Origin: Lentisphaerae bacterium GWF2_49_21
Lineage (GTDB): Bacteria > Verrucomicrobiota > Lentisphaeria > Victivallales > GWF2-50-93
DNA: 64,000 nucleotides
Direction of reading: 5' to 3'
NCBI GenBank assembly: GCA_001804805.1
Contig: MHBH01000077.1
Location: 87,355-151,354, forward strand
Position 1 is the stretch's first letter. Each line of letters opens with the position of its first letter. The translations under genes and the position numbers were made by a program. The notes below the pieces were generated by a model. The model saw only the letters and a list, made by a program, of their open reading frames with translations. It searched no databases and was not told the origin of the DNA. Below, piece by piece: positions 35,315-44,046 of the stretch.

Positions 35315-35914
35315 ATGTCCAAGACCGAAGGGCAGAACGAGGCGATCAGGATTGCGGCTGCGAAACTCGCAGGGGCGGATATGTCCAGGCGTGCGGACAA
35401 CCTCGGGTTCAGCTTCATGGACAAGGGAACAATCCTAATACGTGCCTTCGGGGCCGACTACACGGTTGATTTGAAAAGTTTCGATGTCAGGAATAAAAAG
35501 GCAGGTCAGCCGGTGAGACCCGACCTGAAGATCATAATTCTCCATTATCTGCTCTTCGATAATAAATTTTCCGAAACCGGAAAATTTATAACTTTCAGGG
35601 ATCTGCCTGGCGGACAGTTCTATCTTGAGCCTTACAAATCCAGGAGTGTCAACATCTTGTCCAGCGTGATAAAGGACGACGTTGCCCGATTGAAGAAGAA
35701 TCTTGGCCGTCTTGACTGGAAGGATAAGACTCCCGGCGACATCGGGGCGGAAATCCACGTTATTGGGAAAATCAAAGTGAACCTGATCTATTACAAGAGC
35801 GACGAAGAAATGCCGGCGACCGCAGATTTCGTATATGATTCGTCCATAAAGAACGTATTCAGCACGGAAGATGTGGTTGTAATGGCCTCATTGATATGCA
35901 GGATGCTGTTGTAA
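35315..35914 (+). CDS. hypothetical protein, DUF3786-like (a family I recall as co-occurring with acs clusters)
   Basis: 199-aa ORF, last gene of the cluster. The family assignment is from memory of its general character, not from a motif. Confidence 0.45.
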   Translation: MSKTEGQNEAIRIAAAKLAGADMSRRADNLGFSFMDKGTILIRAFGADYTVDLKSFDVRNKKAGQPVRPDLKIIILHYLLFDNKFSETGKFITFRDLPGGQFYLEPYKSRSVNILSSVIKDDVARLKKNLGRLDWKDKTPGDIGAEIHVIGKIKVNLIYYKSDEEMPATADFVYDSSIKNVFSTEDVVVMASLICRMLL

Positions 35915-35920
35915 TAGAGC

Positions 35921-35955
35921 CGTCGGTCGTCAGTGGTCAGTCGTCAGTTGTCAGT
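35921..35955 (+). repeat. 5 x 7-mer tandem array (CGTCGGT CGTCAGT GGTCAGT CGTCAGT TGTCAGT)
   Basis: Begins 7 nt after the stop codon at 35912-35914. Confidence 0.7.
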
Positions 35956-36011
35956 AGCTGATGTCATATCTACCAGTAAAGCAAGTTTTTTACAACCATA
36001 TTCCAATTTGA

Positions 36012-36049
36012 CTTGCCATTCGAAGCTAGCAAAGCGATAGCGAAGAATG
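36012..36049 (+). repeat. direct repeat 1 flanking the GIY-YIG gene
   Basis: CTTGCCATTCGAAGC...GAAGAATG. An imperfect copy lies at 36392-36432. Confidence 0.6.
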
Positions 36050-36316
36050 TTAAAATTCTAACTTCTTGAGTAAGTGCTTGCTGATGAATGCCTTTCCTGA
36101 AGAAGATTTAAGATATTTCTCGAAGTTGAAGGCTGTAGCGGAGTCGGAAAACACAGTATATGTTTCTAGCTCCCACGGAGCATATCTTTTAGTGTATATC
36201 TGTGACTCTGAGTTATGTTCCTGTATTCTTCTTGAAAGATTTTCAGTGCAACCAACATAAACTTTATCTGGGGATTTAACACTTCTTAGGATATATACAT
36301 AATATTTTTCATTCAT
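36050..36316 (-). CDS. GIY-YIG nuclease family protein (small, stand-alone)
   Basis: 88 aa. YYVYIL...VYVGCT...R..EH motif series of the GIY-YIG domain. Confidence 0.8.
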   Translation of the reverse strand: MNEKYYVYILRSVKSPDKVYVGCTENLSRRIQEHNSESQIYTKRYAPWELETYTVFSDSATAFNFEKYLKSSSGKAFISKHLLKKLEF

Positions 36317-36391
36317 AGATATATTCTCCTGGAATTATTATCCTTGCATGTCTAAAGTAGAATCAAGATATCAAGCATATTCAATATCCGG

Positions 36392-36432
36392 CTTGCCATT
36401 CGAAGCCACGAACGGAGTGAGGGTGAAGAATG
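36392..36432 (+). repeat. direct repeat 2 flanking the GIY-YIG gene, abutting the tRNA 3' end
   Basis: CTTGCCATTCGAAGC...GAAGAATG. It ends at the CCA end of tRNA-Pro. Confidence 0.6.
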
Positions 36433-36508
36433 GTCGGGACGGTGAGATTCGAACTCACGGCCTACAGACCCCCAGTCTGACGCGCTAACCAGGCTGCGCT
36501 ACGTCCCG
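36431..36508 (-). tRNA. tRNA-Pro (anticodon GGG), CCA encoded
   Basis: Manual cloverleaf fold: acceptor CGGGACG/CGTCCCG, D stem GCGC/GCGC, anticodon loop CTGGGGG, T arm GTGAG-TTCGAAT-CTCAC, discriminator A plus CCA. Confidence 0.9.
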
Positions 36509-36518
36509 ACGACGCCCC

Positions 36519-36548
36519 TTAAAATGTAACAAAGGTTGTTTTTTTCAA
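36519..36548 (-). promoter_or_regulatory. candidate tRNA promoter TTGAAA-N18-TTTTAA
   Basis: Minus-strand reading. The -10 ends 10 nt before the mature tRNA 5' end. Sequence match only. Confidence 0.3.
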
Positions 36549-36678
36549 GGACGACAACAGAATATTTCAATTTTTAAGAAAATTTCATTTTTTATTTGAA
36601 AGAATGGATTATTTGCAATAGATTAATGGAATTGTTAAATAATTTTATTTCCTAAGTATCAGAGAAAGGACGCTAAAG

Positions 36679-37239
36679 ATGAAAAAAATTGTTGCTCTGG
36701 TGGTGATTGTATTTGCCATGACGGCCGGGACTGTAACTCAGGCTACGGTGCTGGACAAGATTGTGATGTACATCCCGAACAGGATCGTCGATGTGACGGA
36801 TATAATCTCGCTTTCACTTGGATTCGGACCATGCGCAAGAGCTGAAATGTGGTGCACAAGGCCGTTTTCCTTCGGAGCCGGTACAGGCGTCGAAGCCAAG
36901 ATGATAAAGGGTTACAACCGCCAGTACGGTTTCGGTCTTGAATCCGGATGGGATACCAGTTTCGTGATGATTTCCGCCGAAGGCAAGGAACTCCAGTCAA
37001 CTATCGGAACTGTAAAGACCGTTGAATACTATGCCTCAGGCGTTCCGGATCTCAGGAAGAAGGACTACAGCTATTCCGAAGGTTCAAGGGACTACTGGTC
37101 AGTAGGCGTCCAGGCTGGCTGCGGAATCGCCGAAGTCGACGCTGAATTCCATGCCATCGAACTCTTCGACTTTTTTGCCGGCTTCATTTTCTTTGATCTC
37201 AAGGATGACGATATAACAATGAATGACCTGAGCAACTGA
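36679..37239 (+). CDS. secreted hypothetical protein
   Basis: 186 aa. Signal peptide MKKIVALVVIVFAMTAGTVTQA. A strong terminator lies downstream. Confidence 0.55.
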   Translation: MKKIVALVVIVFAMTAGTVTQATVLDKIVMYIPNRIVDVTDIISLSLGFGPCARAEMWCTRPFSFGAGTGVEAKMIKGYNRQYGFGLESGWDTSFVMISAEGKELQSTIGTVKTVEYYASGVPDLRKKDYSYSEGSRDYWSVGVQAGCGIAEVDAEFHAIELFDFFAGFIFFDLKDDDITMNDLSN

Positions 37240-37261
37240 TACTTGATTGAATGATACTGAA

Positions 37262-37291
37262 GGGCGCGGAAAAATCCGCGCCCTTTTTTTT
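37262..37291 (+). terminator. rho-independent terminator
   Basis: GGGCGCGGA-AAAA-TCCGCGCCC followed by T8. Confidence 0.85.
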
Positions 37292-37323
37292 CGACATAGC
37301 AGAAAGCCGGCCAATGATAATAG

Positions 37324-37511
37324 CTGCAGGTTGACGCAATAGTGAACGCCGCGAACTGCTCCCTCCTCGGGGGTGGCAGGGTTGACAGAGCAATTCAAAG
37401 GGCCGCAGGCCCGGAGCTTCTCGAGGAATGCAGGAAGTCATATTTACTGCGTTCAGCACTGATGCTGAAGATATCTACAAGTCGCTCATCAAAGAAATTT
37501 CCCCGAAATAA
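37324..37511 (+). pseudogene. macro domain (O-acetyl-ADP-ribose deacetylase-like) gene remnant
   Basis: [38 protein letters not shown] is the macro-domain N-terminal motif, but no start codon is present. In another frame, after a frame shift at about 37440, there is a C-terminal-like tail [23 protein letters not shown]. Roughly 110 internal codons are missing. Confidence 0.65.
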
Positions 37512-37578
37512 AAATTTTTTATTTGACAATTCGCCTATTTATATTTAATTGCGATTGTCATAATAAACGGAGAAATTA

Positions 37579-38688
37579 ATGGGCGACACGGAAAATCTCA
37601 AGCTGACTCCTCTCTATAACAGGCATCTGGCCCTCGGAGCTAAAATGGTTCCCTTTGCCGGCTGGAACATGCCTGTCCAGTATTCCGAAGGAATCATCGC
37701 CGAGCACAGGCACACCAGGACCCACGTTTCCATATTCGACATATTCCACATGGGCGAGTTCCGCGTAAAAGGTTCAGGAGCTGCCGCCGCACTCGACAAG
37801 CTTCTCGCCAGGGCGGTAGCCGACCAGAAGACAGGAACCTGCAGATATAATTTCCTGCTAAATGAAAAAGGTACCGTGATCGACGACCTTATTGTATACA
37901 GGATGGATGAAAATGAGTTTTTCATTGTCGTCAATGCTGGAACAAGGGGGAACGATGCGGCAAGATTCCGCAAGCTCCTTCCCTCTGATGTATCATTCGC
38001 GGATGAATCCGACTCAACTGCCAAGCTTGATCTCCAGGGACCTGAAAGCGCGGATGTGCTCATTGGCCTGGGATTCAAAAAGGAAAACCTTCCGCTTTAC
38101 TACAAATGGATCAAGACGCAGATCAATGGCATTCCATGCATCCTGAGCCGGACCGGATACACCGGGGAACTCGGTTTCGAGATTTATTTCCCGGCCGACA
38201 AATCCGAAACTATGTGGGATCTCCTGCTGAAACAGAAGAATGTCAAGCCCGCCGGCCTTGGCGCACGCGACACGCTCCGCCTTGAAATGGGCTATCCCCT
38301 CTACGGACATGAGCTCAATCTCGAAACAACTCTGGTGGAGGCTGGATTCGCACCTATCCTCAAGCTTGGAGAAAAACGCGATTTCATAGGTTCCGACGTG
38401 CTGCGGAATTCGCATCCTGCAAAAAGACTCGCAGGAATAGTCCTGGACGGGCGCCGCGCCGCAAGGGAGGGGACTCCTGTGTTCATCTCCGGAAAGGAGG
38501 CCGGCAAGGTTTCTTCAGGCACTTTCTCTCCTTCGCTTGAAAAAGCAGTGGCCATGGCGTTTATTGGATCCGTATTCAAAATAGAAGACGGAACTCCGGT
38601 GGAGCTTGCAACTGACAGATTCAAGATAACGGGCAGAATTGCATCTGTTCCATTCTATAAGAACGGGACGGCACGGATTAAAATTTAA
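37579..38688 (+). CDS. gcvT: glycine cleavage system aminomethyltransferase T
   Basis: 369 aa. TPLYNRHLALGAKMVPFAGWNMPVQY, SRTGYTGELGFEI. Confidence 0.92.
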   Translation: MGDTENLKLTPLYNRHLALGAKMVPFAGWNMPVQYSEGIIAEHRHTRTHVSIFDIFHMGEFRVKGSGAAAALDKLLARAVADQKTGTCRYNFLLNEKGTVIDDLIVYRMDENEFFIVVNAGTRGNDAARFRKLLPSDVSFADESDSTAKLDLQGPESADVLIGLGFKKENLPLYYKWIKTQINGIPCILSRTGYTGELGFEIYFPADKSETMWDLLLKQKNVKPAGLGARDTLRLEMGYPLYGHELNLETTLVEAGFAPILKLGEKRDFIGSDVLRNSHPAKRLAGIVLDGRRAAREGTPVFISGKEAGKVSSGTFSPSLEKAVAMAFIGSVFKIEDGTPVELATDRFKITGRIASVPFYKNGTARIKI

Positions 38689-38779
38689 AAAAACTATAAA
38701 AAATATTTTTTTCGCCCTATTATTTTTAAAAAAACAAATTATATAAAAACATTCTTTCGAAATTCACTTGGAGGCTTAG

Positions 38780-39166
38780 ATGAAAAAATACACTAAAGAA
38801 CATGAATGGGTGGAGATAAAAGGCCGGGAGGCAGTCATAGGCATCACCGCCTATGCCGCCAAGGAGCTTGGAGATATCACTTTTGTCGAAGTCCATCCGG
38901 AGGGGACAGATGTGATCGTCGGAGATGTGATAGGGACTATTGAGTCCGTCAAAGCCGCGTCCGACGTATATTCCCCGATAAGCGGAACTATCTCCGCGAC
39001 CAACACGGAGCTCGAGGAGGAACCGGCGATAGTGAACAATTCCCCCGAGGAGAAGGGCTGGGTCTGCAAGCTTGACAACATAGACCTTGTCGAACTTGAA
39101 GAGCTCATGACAAAGGAGCAATACGACAAATTCCTCAAGGAGTCCGCTTCCTCGTCCAAGAAGTAA
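38780..39166 (+). CDS. gcvH: glycine cleavage system H protein
   Basis: 128 aa. YTKEHEWV and the lipoyl-lysine context ESVKAASD. Confidence 0.92.
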   Translation: MKKYTKEHEWVEIKGREAVIGITAYAAKELGDITFVEVHPEGTDVIVGDVIGTIESVKAASDVYSPISGTISATNTELEEEPAIVNNSPEEKGWVCKLDNIDLVELEELMTKEQYDKFLKESASSSKK

Positions 39167-39202
39167 TTCTCAAAATGCCAGCAGTTGATTGAAAAGGGAA
39201 CA

Positions 39203-40549
39203 ATGCCTTATATTCCGAATACTGATGCCGATAGGAAGGAGATGCTTGAAGCCATAGAATGCAAAAGCATCGATGAACTCTGGCAGAAGGCTCAGATAAG
39301 GACCCCTCCGCCAGCTCTTGAAAACATCCCCGCCGGCATGTCTGAATACGAAGTCACGCGCCATCTGAACTCCCTCGCCTCCCAGAATGCAACTCATCTT
39401 GTGAATTTTGTCGGAAGCGGATATTACGATCATCTGATACCGGCAGCTGTGGGGACAATGGTCGGTCGTTCAGAATTCTATACCGCATATACCCCATACC
39501 AGCCTGAAGCCTCGCAGGGTACCCTCCAGGCAATCTATGAATATCAGTCCGCAATATGCCGCCTGACATCCATGCCGATGTCAAACGCCTCCCTCTACGA
39601 CGGTGGAACTGCTCTGTTCGAGGCAATCATGATGGCTGTCAGGATCACAAACCGCCGCCAGGCCGTGATCTCCGGAGCAGTCTCCCCGATATTCCGCGAA
39701 ATGATCAGATGCTACAGCAGCAATCTTGACATCGAACTTATCGTCGTGCCTGTCAAATCTTCAAAGACAGATTCCTCGCAGGGCGCCCTGGTTGACGCTG
39801 TAACCGACAAGACCGCCTGCGTCCTCGTCCAATACCCGAATGTCTTTGGAACTGTCGAAGAATGGTCTGACACCGTTGAAAAGATCCATGCAAAGGGCGC
39901 CATCGCCGTCTGTTCCGTCTATCCAATCGCCCTCGCCATGCTTAAAACCCCAGGTGAAATGGGATTTGACATTGTCACCGGCGAAGGACAGAGCCTTGGA
40001 ATTCCGCTCAGCTTCGGCGGTCCGTACCTCGGATTCATGGCAGTCAAGGAAAAACTGGTCCGCAAAATGCCGGGAAGGATTGTCGGCAGGACCGTCGATC
40101 TCGACGGGAAACCTGGATTCGTACTGACTCTCCAGGCCCGCGAGCAGCATATCCGCCGCGAAAACGCGATGTCGAACATCTGCTCCAATGAAAGTCTCTG
40201 TGCACTGACCGCCCTCGCCTATCTCACATGCATCGGAAAGGAAGGACTCCTTCAGGTCGCCAACCTTTGTGCTGCAAAAGCGAATTTCGCAAGGGATCTC
40301 CTCCTTCAGATAAAAGGCATCGAACCTGTCGGTGAAAAGGCGTTCTTCAACGAATTCGTGATAAAGCTGCCCGGCGACTCATCTGAGATCGTCGGAAACA
40401 TGATCGACAAGGGCTTCGCCGCCGGATTTCCTCTTGGAAGATATTACAGCGACAGGAAGAACCAGCTGCTCGTGGCTGTCACCGAGAAAAGGACCCGCGA
40501 GGAGATCAAGGCGTTTGCAAACGCAATGGAGGCCGTGCTGTGGAGCTGA
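39203..40549 (+). CDS. gcvPA: glycine dehydrogenase (decarboxylating) subunit 1
   Basis: ATG at 39203 (MPYIPNTD). FLGAGxYxH-like GSGYYDH, YTPYQPEASQGTLQ. Confidence 0.9.
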   Translation: MPYIPNTDADRKEMLEAIECKSIDELWQKAQIRTPPPALENIPAGMSEYEVTRHLNSLASQNATHLVNFVGSGYYDHLIPAAVGTMVGRSEFYTAYTPYQPEASQGTLQAIYEYQSAICRLTSMPMSNASLYDGGTALFEAIMMAVRITNRRQAVISGAVSPIFREMIRCYSSNLDIELIVVPVKSSKTDSSQGALVDAVTDKTACVLVQYPNVFGTVEEWSDTVEKIHAKGAIAVCSVYPIALAMLKTPGEMGFDIVTGEGQSLGIPLSFGGPYLGFMAVKEKLVRKMPGRIVGRTVDLDGKPGFVLTLQAREQHIRRENAMSNICSNESLCALTALAYLTCIGKEGLLQVANLCAAKANFARDLLLQIKGIEPVGEKAFFNEFVIKLPGDSSEIVGNMIDKGFAAGFPLGRYYSDRKNQLLVAVTEKRTREEIKAFANAMEAVLWS

Positions 40550-41991
40550 TCTATTCAAAAGGCAAATCTGGAAGACGCGGTTCATCGCTGCCGAAGCTTG
40601 ATGTTCCGGACGCCAACTCAATTCCATCCTCTCTCAGGAGGAAAAAGGCCGCACAGATGCCTGAAGTTTCAGAGCTCGAAGCCGTAAGACATTTCACACT
40701 TCTCAGCAGGAAGAACATGGGCGTGGACTCGAACTTCTATCCTCTCGGTTCCTGCACGATGAAATACAATCCGAAGGTGAATGAGAAGATTGCCGCAATG
40801 CCGGGATTTGCCGACCTTCATCCACTTCTCCCCCAGCTCAGGCGCGGGGGAGCCCTCACTCAGGGTGCGCTGGCCGTAATATATGAAACTGAACGCATGC
40901 TCAGCGAACTTCTCGGTTTCTCCCAGACGACGATGCAGCCACTGGCCGGAGCACATGGCGAACTTACCGGTGTCATGCTCATCGCCGCTTATCACAAGGC
41001 GCATGGAGACACGAAAAGAAAGATCATGCTCATTCCCGATGCCGCCCATGGGACAAATCCGGCAAGCGCGGCAATGGCGGGATTCGATACAGTGACAATC
41101 CCTTCCGATCCGGACGGAAATGTCGATTTGGACGCTCTCAAGAAAGAACTGAACGAGAATGTCGCCGGAATCATGCTCACATGTCCGAACACTCTCGGAA
41201 TGTTCGACAAGAATGTCAAAGAAATCTGTGAACTCATCCATAAGGCCGGCGCTTTAGCCTACTGCGACGGTGCAAACTTCAATGCGATCATCGGCAGGCT
41301 ACGTCCGGGCGACATCGGATTCGACGTGATGCACGTCAATCTCCACAAGACGTTCTCCACTCCTCACGGCGCCGGCGGCCCCGGTTCGGGTCCTGTCGGA
41401 GTCTGCGAGAAGCTTGTTCCATATCTGCCGGTTTCATGCGTTGCAAAACGCAGCGATGGAACATATGCGCTTGAGTACCATCATAAGGAAAGCATCGGAT
41501 ATATTGCACCGTTCTACGGAAATTTCGGAATCATCCTCAGGGCCTATGCCTATCTTCTTACTCTCGGAAAAGAAGGTCTTGTGAGAGTCAGCGAAAATGC
41601 CGTGCTCAACGCCAATTATATCCGGGCAAAACTCATTCCATACTATGACCAGCAACATCCCGGCTACTGCATGCATGAATGCGTATTCTCCGCGACACGC
41701 CAGTCTGAAAAAGGTGTCCATGCCCTGGATATCGCAAAGGCCCTGATCGACCGCGGAATCCATCCGCCAACCATCTACTTTCCTCTGATAGTCAAGGAAG
41801 CTCTCATGATCGAGCCTACGGAGACTGAGTCCATTGAGGATATCAATAAGTTCATCCAGGTGATGATCGACATTGCGAAACTCGCAGACGAGAATCCCGA
41901 AGCGATCAAGCAGTGCCCGCTGACGACTCCCATCAAACGCCTAGACGAAACCCAGGCCGCCCGGAAACTGGATCTGGCTTCGCTGGAATAA
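40540..41991 (+). CDS. gcvPB: glycine dehydrogenase (decarboxylating) subunit 2
   Basis: GTG start overlapping the gcvPA stop. PLGSCTMKYNP; PLP-lysine context NLHKTFSTPHGGGGPG. Confidence 0.9.
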   Translation: MELIYSKGKSGRRGSSLPKLDVPDANSIPSSLRRKKAAQMPEVSELEAVRHFTLLSRKNMGVDSNFYPLGSCTMKYNPKVNEKIAAMPGFADLHPLLPQLRRGGALTQGALAVIYETERMLSELLGFSQTTMQPLAGAHGELTGVMLIAAYHKAHGDTKRKIMLIPDAAHGTNPASAAMAGFDTVTIPSDPDGNVDLDALKKELNENVAGIMLTCPNTLGMFDKNVKEICELIHKAGALAYCDGANFNAIIGRLRPGDIGFDVMHVNLHKTFSTPHGAGGPGSGPVGVCEKLVPYLPVSCVAKRSDGTYALEYHHKESIGYIAPFYGNFGIILRAYAYLLTLGKEGLVRVSENAVLNANYIRAKLIPYYDQQHPGYCMHECVFSATRQSEKGVHALDIAKALIDRGIHPPTIYFPLIVKEALMIEPTETESIEDINKFIQVMIDIAKLADENPEAIKQCPLTTPIKRLDETQAARKLDLASLE

Positions 41992-42033
41992 ATGTAACAT
42001 CCGCCTTCGCTGAGATGCCTCTGCAACTTCCCC

Positions 42034-43770
42034 CTACGGATTCTTCGACAGGATCTTCCGAATCTTCTTCATGTCGAATTTTTCCGAGCGGTCATAGTTG
42101 TAGATGCCATTCTGTTCCTGCTCGACATCAGTCAACTGGGTATAGCAGTATCCCTTGATATGTTTGTGGCTCAGCAGTGCATTGACCTGTCCTTCCAGAC
42201 GGTTGTAGACTTCTTCTAGAGATTTCGGAGCATCTCCATATCCCCATGTATTGTCCGCAAAGGCTGCGCCCACAACCCATTTGATCCCACCGAATTCATC
42301 TACAAAGTAAGGCTGTCCCTGATACTTCACTTCCTTTTCCGGATGGTTTCTCCAGACGCCTTTTTCTCTGTCAGGAGTAAGCTGAGCCTTGAGCTTTTCA
42401 GGATTCTGCTCATAGTTGTGGACTGTCCAGAGATCCGTTTTCACATGGACATAGCCGCTTGCCTCGTTGACAGGTCTTGTCGGATCAAGAGATTTTGTAA
42501 TATCATAAAGGTCCGCGTGGAATCTTGAGTGTTGCACCCCGTCTCCAGTATCCCATGTCTCATTAAGAGGTGTCCATGCTATTATGGAAGGATGGTTCAG
42601 GTCACGGGCTACGACTTCAGCCCATTCCGTGATGAAATTCCTGGCGGCGACAGGATCCTTCACATCGGTACCCCAACTCGGGAACTCGCCCCAGGTAAGA
42701 TAACCAAGCTTGTCCGCCCAGTAATGGAATCTTTCCTCGAATACTTTCTGATGGAGCCTTGCACCATTGAATCCGGCCTTCATGGAAAGTTCAATGTCCT
42801 TTTTCAAGGCTGAATCGCTTGGCGCGGTCCAGATACCGTCAGGATAGAATCCCTGGTCGAGGACGAGTCGCAGATAATAAGGTTTGTTGTTGAGATAGAG
42901 AGTGTCCCCCTCGATATGCACCTTCCTTATTCCAGCATAGCTTTTCACGGAATCCACCACTTTCCCTCCGTCAACAACTTCAAACAGGATGCTGTAGAGG
43001 AATGGACTTTCCGGAGACCAGACCTTCGGATTGCCGACTGCGAGTTGGACTGGCACTCCGCTTTGTGCGGGAAATTCACCCTTTGCTGCAATTTTTTCTC
43101 CATCTTTCACAGCAATCCTCACCTTTAAATTTCTTTTCATACCGCGGAAGAGCGGTGTGAAAAGAAATTTATTACCGTCAAGATCGGGGAGAATTCTACA
43201 AGACTGGAGGGAGAACTCCGATACTGCTTCTAGCCAGACGGTCTGCCAGATCCCGGTAGTACGGGTGTAATGACAACCAGCCGACTTGAATCCGAAGGAT
43301 TGTTTTCCGCCTGGCTGCTTCCCGTGGCGCGTGTCGTCGGAAACATGTAGGACCAGTGAATGCTTCTTGCCAGCTTCCACATAATCCGAAATGTCATAGT
43401 CAAAAGAGGAACTTCCTCCGAAATGCCTGCCGACGTACCTGCCATCAACGAAGATTTCAGCTATATAGTCTACGGCACCGAAATGGAGAATGACTTTACT
43501 TCCCCGCCAATCCTTTGGAATCTGGATGTCTTTCTGATACCACATCATCTCGATGAAGTCCTTGTACCCGACGCCGGAGAGTTCGCTTTCCGGGCAGAAT
43601 GGAACGGTGATCTTACCAGCAAAACCTTTGCTGTCCTTGAATCCTCTTTCGGCTCCCGACTTGCCGAAATCAAAAGCATAGGTCCACTGTCCGTTAAGGT
43701 TGATCCAGCTTTCCCTTTCAAACTGGGGCTTGGGATGTTCAGGACGGGGAATCGTTGAATTCTTAGCCAT
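42034..43770 (-). CDS. glycoside hydrolase family 2 (beta-galactosidase/beta-glucuronidase-like)
   Basis: 578 aa. Sugar-binding domain, Ig-like domain and TIM barrel order; NGARLHQ and WGEFPSWG motifs. Confidence 0.85.
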   Translation of the reverse strand: MAKNSTIPRPEHPKPQFERESWINLNGQWTYAFDFGKSGAERGFKDSKGFAGKITVPFCPESELSGVGYKDFIEMMWYQKDIQIPKDWRGSKVILHFGAVDYIAEIFVDGRYVGRHFGGSSSFDYDISDYVEAGKKHSLVLHVSDDTRHGKQPGGKQSFGFKSAGCHYTRTTGIWQTVWLEAVSEFSLQSCRILPDLDGNKFLFTPLFRGMKRNLKVRIAVKDGEKIAAKGEFPAQSGVPVQLAVGNPKVWSPESPFLYSILFEVVDGGKVVDSVKSYAGIRKVHIEGDTLYLNNKPYYLRLVLDQGFYPDGIWTAPSDSALKKDIELSMKAGFNGARLHQKVFEERFHYWADKLGYLTWGEFPSWGTDVKDPVAARNFITEWAEVVARDLNHPSIIAWTPLNETWDTGDGVQHSRFHADLYDITKSLDPTRPVNEASGYVHVKTDLWTVHNYEQNPEKLKAQLTPDREKGVWRNHPEKEVKYQGQPYFVDEFGGIKWVVGAAFADNTWGYGDAPKSLEEVYNRLEGQVNALLSHKHIKGYCYTQLTDVEQEQNGIYNYDRSEKFDMKKIRKILSKNP

Positions 43771-43790
43771 TTGAAACTCCTTATAAAAAT

Positions 43791-43873
43791 TGGATTAATG
43801 GATTGCTGGATTTATGGATTAATGGTTTTGGATATTAACCCAGTCATCCAACCATCCATCAATCCAATCATCC
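43791..43873. repeat. inverted repeat built from tandem TGGATTWA 8-mers
   Basis: TGGATTAA TGGATTGC TGGATTTA TGGATTAA TGGTTT TGGATATT (43791-43836), followed by inverted ATCCA units (43841-43873). Confidence 0.65.
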
Positions 43874-43966
43874 TTGCTCCACTTACTTTAATGTGCTATA
43901 TTATCACTTCAAGAGAATATGCCATGCGTATAATTTGCATTTTAATGAGGTATATGCGCATTATAA

Positions 43967-44034
43967 GTAGATACGCCCTTCAGGGTGTATCATTCTTAAA
44001 TATTAAGATGGTACATGCTAAAGCACGTACCTAC
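43967..44034. repeat. REPIN doublet upstream of araC
   Basis: GTAGATACGCCCTTCAGGGTGTATC (43967-43991) and GGTACATGCTAAAGCACGTACCTAC (44010-44034). Confidence 0.8.
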
Positions 44035-44046
44035 TTTAGGAGCACC

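Noticed and set aside
35915-36049. Heptamer array plus flanks as a replication-origin-like iteron region
   Set aside because: There are no DnaA-box-like 9-mers, no AT-rich unwinding element and no adjacent replication genes. Similar arrays with other unit sequences occur after many stop codons.
37240-37578. Glycine riboswitch upstream of gcvT
   Set aside because: The region is AT-rich. It contains a terminator and a macro-domain pseudogene, but none of the conserved glycine-aptamer blocks that I can recognise.
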